A stretch of DNA of 64,000 bases, taken from IMG/VR virus record IMGVR_UViG_3300012983_000034, positions 32,001 through 96,000 of that record. The stretch is one strand, 5' to 3'. The notes beneath the pieces are model-generated. The model saw only the letters and a list, made by a program, of their open reading frames with translations, was not told the origin of the DNA and ran no database searches. Each line of letters begins with the position of its first letter. Position 1 is the stretch's first letter. A program made the translations under genes and the position numbers. This stretch comes from a virus. Its lineage: Duplodnaviria > Caudoviricetes. This document shows, in pieces, positions 57,402 to 64,000 of the stretch.

Positions 57402-57830
57402 TTAATTAAGAAAAAATTCTACGGTGTAGTCAACTGCTTCTCTAATGCTTTCGCACATTCTGGTTGTAAATTCAATAAGCCACGGATGTAATTTCTTGTT
57501 GTCTTTGTTAATTCCAATAATAGGAATGTTCAACTCCTTTGCTATTGCAAGCTCTGCACAAGTGCCAATGCTCTTTGGGTCATTAAAATTTACAATAACT
57601 AAATCAGAGTTCCTAAGAGCATTCAGGTCGAACTCCATCACTTCACGCTCAGAGCGATGTCGCTCTTCTTCAAAATTATAGTAATCTACTGGATTAAAAA
57701 AGACTGGTTTCTTTTCTAAGTCTTTGTCTCCATACTTAATGGCATTGATGACTTGAGAACGCCACTTGCTTTGTTCTTCAAAACTAACGCCAGACATCGA
57801 GCCGCTAAGATATATTTTTACTGTTTCCAT
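57402..57830 (-). CDS. Nucleoside 2-deoxyribosyltransferase family protein
   Basis: IYLSG, FNP, DL..L..SD, S.GT.AE. Confidence 0.8.
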   Translation of the reverse strand: METVKIYLSGSMSGVSFEEQSKWRSQVINAIKYGDKDLEKKPVFFNPVDYYNFEEERHRSEREVMEFDLNALRNSDLVIVNFNDPKSIGTCAELAIAKELNIPIIGINKDNKKLHPWLIEFTTRMCESIREAVDYTVEFFLN

Positions 57831-57831
57831 A

Positions 57832-58578
57832 TTACATCACTTCTTTCATACTATTATTATAACTATATTCACCAAAATATTTTTCTTCCCATTCTTTTCT
57901 TTGTTTTACAGCGTCTTCAAAATTAATGAATCTCTTTTTATACTTTTCATTGTTTATGCCAATATGAGCAATCCATCTGTTTTCTGTTCTACTATAGCTA
58001 ACACCAGTGATACCAGATGTATTATTTGACAACAAACTTTTATTCATGCCATTTTGACTTGATGTAACAGGTCTTAATTCGGACTTTCTATTGTCGTGAT
58101 TTATATGTTTTATATGGTCTACCTTTTCTGAATCTGGAAACAATATTCTATGCATTTTAATTCCTTTTCGATGACTTCTTGTTCCAGAACAATGAGAGAC
58201 AACATATCCTTCTTTATCATAATACCAACAATAGTCTTTGATTTTATCATAATCTTCTAAATCAAAATAAAATTCTTCGCCTTTAGATGTGTATCCAATC
58301 CCATACTCTCCTGTTAAATCATATGTATTGTACCTTTTGCAAATATCCATATTTCTTTTTGCTATAGTTTCTGAGCTTAAACACCCACAAGATTTTGTGT
58401 TGTCTGATTTTAAACTGTTTCCTTTGACAATAACATTATTTCCGCAATCACATTTGCAGAGCCATCGTATATGTCGCTGACCACTTGGAGATACATACTC
58501 ATCGGCTCTTTCAACTACTGTTAATTTCCCAAATTTTTTACCAGTTAAGTCTACAAATTTTCCCACATTTCTTACCAT
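57832..58578 (-). CDS. HNH homing endonuclease with AP2 domain (paralogue of 49343-50071)
   Basis: DLTGKKFGKL, CKCDCG, SCGC, HR...DH...DNRKSELR, NTSG. Confidence 0.85.
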   Translation of the reverse strand: MVRNVGKFVDLTGKKFGKLTVVERADEYVSPSGQRHIRWLCKCDCGNNVIVKGNSLKSDNTKSCGCLSSETIAKRNMDICKRYNTYDLTGEYGIGYTSKGEEFYFDLEDYDKIKDYCWYYDKEGYVVSHCSGTRSHRKGIKMHRILFPDSEKVDHIKHINHDNRKSELRPVTSSQNGMNKSLLSNNTSGITGVSYSRTENRWIAHIGINNEKYKKRFINFEDAVKQRKEWEEKYFGEYSYNNSMKEVM

Positions 58579-58586
58579 TCACCCTT

Positions 58587-58602
58587 TAAAATTTCTATTT
58601 TA
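58587..58602. repeat. TAAAA-N6-TTTTA junction site
   Basis: taaaa-tttcta-tttta, overlapping stop of 58600-58920, before SD of the HNH gene. Confidence 0.75.
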
Positions 58603-58920
58603 TATTTCGTTATAACCTAAAATTTGATGTTGTCTTGCCAACTCTAAAATCTTTTTATATTCTTTGGGAGGCTCCCTGCCAGTATATTGATAATACCGTT
58701 TTATTTGTTGCGGACGAGCAATGAGTTTGGACACAAGCTTTTTGCTATCTGCGTTATACACAACTATAATTCCGTTATCCGTTATCTCGTGTATCTCATT
58801 ACCATTGATATGCCCTTTGTTGACAACAAAACTATCAACCACTCGACCATCGCCACCAAGACACTCCTCAATGAACTTTTCTCGCTCATATCTTTCACTC
58901 TCGTAATGATTGCTCGTCAC
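58600..58920 (-). CDS. Hypothetical phage protein
   Basis: ORF. Confidence 0.55.
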   Translation of the reverse strand: MTSNHYESERYEREKFIEECLGGDGRVVDSFVVNKGHINGNEIHEITDNGIIVVYNADSKKLVSKLIARPQQIKRYYQYTGREPPKEYKKILELARQHQILGYNEI

Positions 58921-59305
58921 TTTCTTTTACCTCTTCATAACCGTCAAACACATTGCCAATAATCTGAATTTCAGTAGATACATCGGAACCAAGAGTATAG
59001 AAAGTGTCACTATTTACACACAAAATCACATAAGCAGAAAGTTCGTGAGCGTAACAAACTAATCCTACCTCTTCTTTGTTCTCTTCTACACGAGCTTGAA
59101 TATAATCCCCCTCAAAGATTTCTTCGCCGTTCTTGTCTTGGAGATTTATATCTTTATGAAAGATATATCTTTCTGAATCTAATGCTAAAGGAATTTTAAT
59201 CATTCCAAATAATGATTGCTTGATTTTAAACAATTCATCATTAGGACTAAGATAAATATTATCTTTAATCCAACATTTTTCTACATTATCATATACACGA
59301 AACAA
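58895..59305 (-). CDS. YopX family protein
   Basis: FRVYD...L.DKNG.EIFEGD...IIGNVFD. Confidence 0.8.
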   Translation of the reverse strand: MFRVYDNVEKCWIKDNIYLSPNDELFKIKQSLFGMIKIPLALDSERYIFHKDINLQDKNGEEIFEGDYIQARVEENKEEVGLVCYAHELSAYVILCVNSDTFYTLGSDVSTEIQIIGNVFDGYEEVKESDEQSLRE

Positions 59306-59318
59306 TTAACACACCTCC

Positions 59319-60467
59319 CTACACTTCTATAATCTTTATAGCCTTATCAATTTCCTCAACCACGTAATCAATATCTTCATATGTAATATCGCTTGGCATA
59401 GTCAACCTAATTGTTCTCATTGCCTCTTCATTTGATAAACCAATCTCTTTGAGTACATGACTTGGCACAATAGATTGCGAATTACAAGCTGAAGCTGTTG
59501 ATATTTTTATATCGCTCATATCAAGAGTGTACAACAAAGACTCGCCCGTTATATTCTGTGGAAATGTTACATTTATGTTGTTTGGCAATCTATAATAACT
59601 GTCTCCATTTAATTCACAGTCAAAATTTCGCTCAAGAAGTTCAATAAAATAATTTCGTTTTTCACATAATTCCTGTATTTTTTTGTGACCAATATCACAT
59701 AACTTCAAAGCTTCGTTCAATCCAATAATGCCAAATGTATTTTCTGTACCTCCACGCAAACCGTTCTCTTGATTACCATAAATAAGAGGTTGAATATCTA
59801 TTCCATTTCTTTTATATAAAAAGCCGACCCCTTTTAACACTGGAGAAATTTTATGACCGCTTACACTCATCATATCAATTCCCAATTCATCAACATCAAT
59901 AGGAATGCGTCCAAACGTCTGAGTTGCATCAATATGTAAGACACCACCATATCTATGAACCAACTCAGAAATCTGTTTAATTGGTTGAATCGTACCAATC
60001 TCGTTGTTAGCCATATGAATACCAACCAAGACAGGCTTTCCCTTTCGCATTATTAACATCTGCTCCAAAGACACACAATCAACAAATCCGTATTCGTCTA
60101 CATTACAGTAGCCAACAACAGCGTCTAAATCACTATTTTCAAGCAATTCTATAATGGATTTATGTTCTGCTCTAGTAGTAATAACATATGGTGTTTTATA
60201 CTTGTTTATCCAGATTTCATCGACCCAGCCTCTAATAGACATATTGTTGCTTTCGGAAGCACCACTTGTAAAAATAATCTCATTAGCTTCTGCACCTATA
60301 AATTTAGCGATATTGGTTCTACACTTATTTATCTCTTCTTTTACATCACTCGCATAGAGACTTGAAGGATTTTGCCAATATTTTTTCATTGCATTTGCTA
60401 TCGTATCAACAATAATATCATCGTCACATTTATATTCAGCGGTAGCAGCAGCGTCCAAATAAATCAA
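59319..60467 (-). CDS. iscS: Cysteine desulfurase (IscS/NifS family)
   Basis: YLDAAAT, FTSGASESNN, NNEIGTIQP, DATQ, SGHK (PLP Lys), STASAC (catalytic Cys). Confidence 0.9.
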   Translation of the reverse strand: MIYLDAAATAEYKCDDDIIVDTIANAMKKYWQNPSSLYASDVKEEINKCRTNIAKFIGAEANEIIFTSGASESNNMSIRGWVDEIWINKYKTPYVITTRAEHKSIIELLENSDLDAVVGYCNVDEYGFVDCVSLEQMLIMRKGKPVLVGIHMANNEIGTIQPIKQISELVHRYGGVLHIDATQTFGRIPIDVDELGIDMMSVSGHKISPVLKGVGFLYKRNGIDIQPLIYGNQENGLRGGTENTFGIIGLNEALKLCDIGHKKIQELCEKRNYFIELLERNFDCELNGDSYYRLPNNINVTFPQNITGESLLYTLDMSDIKISTASACNSQSIVPSHVLKEIGLSNEEAMRTIRLTMPSDITYEDIDYVVEEIDKAIKIIEV

Positions 60468-60481
60468 TCAAATCACCTCGT

Positions 60482-60982
60482 TTAAGACTCCAAAGAGTTT
60501 ACCATCTTTTTCATAATGTTATTATTATTAAACATCTCAACATTAATCATCTTTAACTCTTCCTCGTGCATAGTTGCTCTTTTAATTAGCGCCTTGTTAA
60601 GACATCTCAAATAAGCCAGTTGAATTCCGAAGGAAAGATTGAACTCATCTCCCTTATAGCAACAAGCCTCACTTCTAACCTTATCAGTTAAAAATTTTAC
60701 TTGAACTTTACGCTTGTTCGTTCTGTAAAACACATCATTGTGTCCATCAAATCCGACCATCGGAATCCAATTAGTCCATCCCTTAAAGTTTTCTTCGTGT
60801 ACAAAGTGTTTTTCAAAATCTTCAAAGCTTACAACACCAATTGCAGTTCTTGTCTTGGAATCTCTTAAAAGAAAAGAGTTGTCAAATACATTTGCAATCT
60901 CAAATACATCGCCAACTTTCTTAATCTTATCGTTCAACTCTTTAACCAAAACAACACGGTCATATTTTAATACAGTTTCCAT
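60482..60982 (-). CDS. Hypothetical protein
   Basis: First gene after promoter 61062. Confidence 0.55.
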   Translation of the reverse strand: METVLKYDRVVLVKELNDKIKKVGDVFEIANVFDNSFLLRDSKTRTAIGVVSFEDFEKHFVHEENFKGWTNWIPMVGFDGHNDVFYRTNKRKVQVKFLTDKVRSEACCYKGDEFNLSFGIQLAYLRCLNKALIKRATMHEEELKMINVEMFNNNNIMKKMVNSLES

Positions 60983-61033
60983 TTTTTAAATACCTTTCTT
61001 AATTTATTATATAACATTATTTGTTACGAATGC

Positions 61034-61062
61034 ATTATAACATATTATATATCGATTGTCAA
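61034..61062 (-). promoter_or_regulatory. Consensus SigA promoter
   Basis: TTGACA-17-TATAAT; family B site at 61010-61028 covers the start region. Confidence 0.85.
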
Positions 61063-61206
61063 TACTTTTTTGAAAATTTAATTTTAGTTTTTCAAAACTG
61101 ATAGGCTGAATAGCCTTATCAGTATCTACCTCCTTATCGGTCTCTGTTTCTATTGTCGTTGTTTTTTATTTCTTTTATAGTTTTCGTTTCCACTTATATA
61201 ATTTTC

Positions 61207-61572
61207 TTAGTTTAAAATAGTTATTTTATAATATATATTCTGAACATTTAGGATAAATTCATAACAACCGTCAGATATTCTTGAAAAACACTCTGTTATT
61301 TTTGATGCTAACACATTCACAAAATGTGTTTCATATGCGTCATTTTTTTTAAAAATAATTCTATCGCCTTCTACAGAAATTGTTGCGTTTCTTTCAGAAG
61401 CTCTCAATATAAGCGAAAAACACTCTGGAGAATTAAGTGGATTTTCTGGATATACATCTATGTTTACTTCTTTTATTTTAATATTATTTTTTAATGATGA
61501 CATTTTGTTTAAGTATAAATCGATTTCATCTTTGATAAATCCAAATTTCGTTAAAGTTTTTTCAGTAACCAT
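61207..61572 (-). CDS. Hypothetical protein downstream of SOS-box-like site
   Basis: GGAGAGGT RBS before MVTEKT. Confidence 0.5.
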   Translation of the reverse strand: MVTEKTLTKFGFIKDEIDLYLNKMSSLKNNIKIKEVNIDVYPENPLNSPECFSLILRASERNATISVEGDRIIFKKNDAYETHFVNVLASKITECFSRISDGCYEFILNVQNIYYKITILN

Positions 61573-61691
61573 GTAACATACCTCTCCAACTATGTATAGT
61601 AGCATTACACCACGAGGCACTTATTCGTACCTCGTGGCTTCATTCTCTGAAATTATATTACTATAATTATTTGAAAATTGCAATACTAAAT

Positions 61692-61705
61692 CGAACATTT
61701 GTTTG
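61692..61705. promoter_or_regulatory. LexA (Cheo) box-like site
   Basis: CGAAC-attt-GTTTG versus Bacillota GAAC-N4-GTTY. Confidence 0.55.
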
Positions 61706-61739
61706 ACAATTTACAATTTATTAATAACTACTTCATAGT

Positions 61740-62690
61740 TTATTCAAAAGAGTCTAGGTGTCCCTTGACTAATTCACGAAAATTACCAACCTCAATACTG
61801 CTATTACATCTCATTAACTCTTTGGATATTATCAAATGCGCCATTCTGTTACGACTATTATCAGCAAATGCTTCATTTAACGATATATTATTTTTATCTA
61901 ATTCAAGTTTGATTCGATGCATAATGCCGCTCGTATATAATTGTAAAGGCAATAAAGAATATTCTAAATACTCTTTGGCTATCTTTCTTAACTTTGCGTA
62001 GTATGTGAATTTATAACTATCATTTGATGCAGTTGACCTGTTTTCAATTTTAAACACGCTGTCTGAATAAACACCACGCATATCAACTTTGCATATACCG
62101 AATCTATTTCTTCGCTCCCAAATATTAATATCTGCAAGATTTTTTAAATCAGACGCAAACTTTTCTGGCACTTTTATTTTGTAGGTATGCCCATTATCTT
62201 CTTGTAAGGTTATTATACCATCATCGTTTATATCGGACTTTCTTAAATTCTTTAAAACGCTCAAATCATCATTATACACACCCAAATAAATACAACTAAA
62301 AAGCAATTCATAATATAATGCATTGTATTCTTCATATGTTGCAATATCTTTAATTACTCTTTGATATTCTTCATTGTTTATAAATTTCTTTTTTGCGTTT
62401 GGCTTTGCTTTCTTCCAAAGAAGTTTTTTATCCAAAGAATTAACCATTTGATATAAATTATCATTATCAACTATATTTTGTTCTTGCAACCACTTAGCAT
62501 ACATTCCTAATACATAACAAGTTGTTATAATTTCCTTTTGACTACTTGGTTTTCTGTCGAGTATAAACTGTTCAAGCTCCATTAAACTATAATTTTCGAT
62601 ATTGGTTTCAGCATTTTTAAGTACGAATTTAACCACCTTGGCTGTGTTCGGCACTTGAACTGACTCCATAAATCGCTCTACATTATTCAC
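61740..62690 (-). CDS. MrpR(YopR)-like degenerate tyrosine-recombinase-fold repressor
   Basis: Y..W SAM-like N-domain, KKFI..EE, IYLGV....S.L.NL..SDI, L.P..L.TSG; catalytic R and HxxR absent. Confidence 0.65.
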   Translation of the reverse strand: MNNVERFMESVQVPNTAKVVKFVLKNAETNIENYSLMELEQFILDRKPSSQKEIITTCYVLGMYAKWLQEQNIVDNDNLYQMVNSLDKKLLWKKAKPNAKKKFINNEEYQRVIKDIATYEEYNALYYELLFSCIYLGVYNDDLSVLKNLRKSDINDDGIITLQEDNGHTYKIKVPEKFASDLKNLADINIWERRNRFGICKVDMRGVYSDSVFKIENRSTASNDSYKFTYYAKLRKIAKEYLEYSLLPLQLYTSGIMHRIKLELDKNNISLNEAFADNSRNRMAHLIISKELMRCNSSIEVGNFRELVKGHLDSFE

Positions 62691-62815
62691 AGTTTATCCT
62701 CCTTTCACTATTATATTGTTTTCTATATAATAACACTTATCGATAAACCAATCAACAATATAGACTTATTGCATTTTTTACTGTATATATTTAGGAATTA
62801 TGAATAAATATAATT

Positions 62816-63166
62816 TCAACAAGATTTGTTCTCATTATCAATACGTTCGATATCTACATTCTCATCATCGTCTACATATCCATCGTCTTCTATATATTCT
62901 TCATATACGATTTTGATAACATCGTAAGACAACCAATCAATAAAAAGTAATACTGGAACAAAATACCAAATTAAAAATCCAGCAAACCCATTACCCATAA
63001 ACACTAAAATAAACGGATAAAAGAACAATGCAATAGTGGCAAGACCATAGATAATCAAGTTTGCCGTGCAAAAGCACATTATAGCTCGTACAAAAAGCCA
63101 CATCCAATTACTATATTTTTTATTAAATGATTCCAACATATTTTTAATTAGCTTCATATTTTTCAC
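62816..63166 (-). CDS. Membrane protein
   Basis: Two long hydrophobic segments, acidic tail. Confidence 0.55.
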   Translation of the reverse strand: MKNMKLIKNMLESFNKKYSNWMWLFVRAIMCFCTANLIIYGLATIALFFYPFILVFMGNGFAGFLIWYFVPVLLFIDWLSYDVIKIVYEEYIEDDGYVDDDENVDIERIDNENKSC

Positions 63167-63199
63167 TCCTATTATTTATTTAATTTATTTTGTCGTGCA

Positions 63200-63215
63200 T
63201 AAAACTATGTTTTTA
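63200..63215. repeat. TAAAA-N6-TTTTA junction site
   Basis: taaaa-ctatgt-tttta, 10 nt after stop of 63226-63654. Confidence 0.6.
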
Positions 63216-63225
63216 AGTGGTAGAT

Positions 63226-63654
63226 TTACACCTCGTCATAGAACGAATCGTGTTCATCATCATAATAATAATCAGGTGCTTCGCAGCAATTATACCAACA
63301 GAACTCTACAAGACGAACAAAGTCCATATTAATGTCTGGGTCAATCTGCTGAAAGATTTTAGTGTATTTCTTCTTTTCGCTATCATACAAGGCTCTCGTC
63401 TTGCCATATCCACCATCTGCGTCCCACTCATAATCAAGAACATAGTCAATATAATTCTCTTCAGTTGGGGCAATTTGAAACTTCCCAATAGTTCCGTAAC
63501 TAAAAATATCAGGAAATGCCGATTCTAAATACCAAGAAAAATCATCTTCATGATTTTCGTTTGGATACTTCTGTACAATAATATCCTTAACATAATCCAT
63601 GTTGATGCGTTCCATAGGAACACGCAATACCTTTTCTCTTACATATGTGCTCAT
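63226..63654 (-). CDS. Hypothetical protein
   Basis: ORF with GGAG RBS. Confidence 0.55.
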   Translation of the reverse strand: MSTYVREKVLRVPMERINMDYVKDIIVQKYPNENHEDDFSWYLESAFPDIFSYGTIGKFQIAPTEENYIDYVLDYEWDADGGYGKTRALYDSEKKKYTKIFQQIDPDINMDFVRLVEFCWYNCCEAPDYYYDDEHDSFYDEV

Positions 63655-63908
63655 ATTTTATTCTCCTGTTTTTGTTTTCTATATTCGTGAAAAGCCGATT
63701 GGAAGAAGTTACACCTTTCCCACGAATTACGATTGTTGAAATAGCAATCTACACATCCACCATCCATACCATCACTATTTCCAAAGCCTTGGCAACCAGT
63801 TAAAAGAAACAACTTATCTCTAAGGCGTTGTATTTCATAATCTTGGTTTTTAAGAAAAATAATAAGTTGTTCTTTACTTTGTTGTTTGTAAAATTCGTCT
63901 TTTGTCAT
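63651..63908 (-). CDS. Hypothetical protein
   Basis: ORF with GAGG RBS; ATGA-type overlap region. Confidence 0.5.
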   Translation of the reverse strand: MTKDEFYKQQSKEQLIIFLKNQDYEIQRLRDKLFLLTGCQGFGNSDGMDGGCVDCYFNNRNSWERCNFFQSAFHEYRKQKQENKI

Positions 63909-64000
63909 TTTCAGTCCTCAACTTGACACCAATAACTACAGTTGCCATTAGACACCTCTACATACTCTCTTGGAAATCTACCCTTGCCGTATTTATAAAG

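Noticed and set aside
61740-62690. Active tyrosine integrase for the cassettes
   Set aside because: Catalytic Arg and HxxR positions appear replaced; fits an MrpR-type repressor better. Binding to the N6 sites is still worth testing.

Overview
The whole window is phage DNA; I see no host genes or prophage junction. It looks like part of a large, AT-rich temperate phage of a Bacillota host, probably Clostridia, organised like SPbeta-type phages. Bases 1-24.2 kb (+ strand) hold a lysis module (amidase+GH73 endolysin, holins) and a long set of fibre/adhesin-like virion genes, including a 2,431-aa protein with a CotH-like region, an SGNH-esterase fibre, an InlB B-repeat protein and a dockerin protein. 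Bases 24.2-27.2 kb are an integration module: large serine recombinase, small divergent ORF, an apparently inactive resolvase-like protein and a free-standing small RNA unit. Bases 27.3-64 kb (- strand) are early/replication genes (thyA, dut, nrdD/nrdG, ligA, recD2, dnaE, primase, dnaB, AAA ATPase, two HNH-AP2 endonucleases, cysteine desulfurase, MrpR-like degenerate tyrosine recombinase), 7 tRNAs and many small accessory ORFs. The main unexplained signal is a 16-bp dyad, TAAAA-N6-TTTTA, with a different 6-bp spacer each time. It sits at 17 accessory-gene junctions, usually fusing the upstream stop codon to the downstream Shine-Dalgarno, so these genes look like integron-style cassettes. A second dyad, TATAAC-N7-GTTAWA, follows each strong early promoter and is a candidate operator for the MrpR-like repressor. 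All calls are by eye; no database searches were run.
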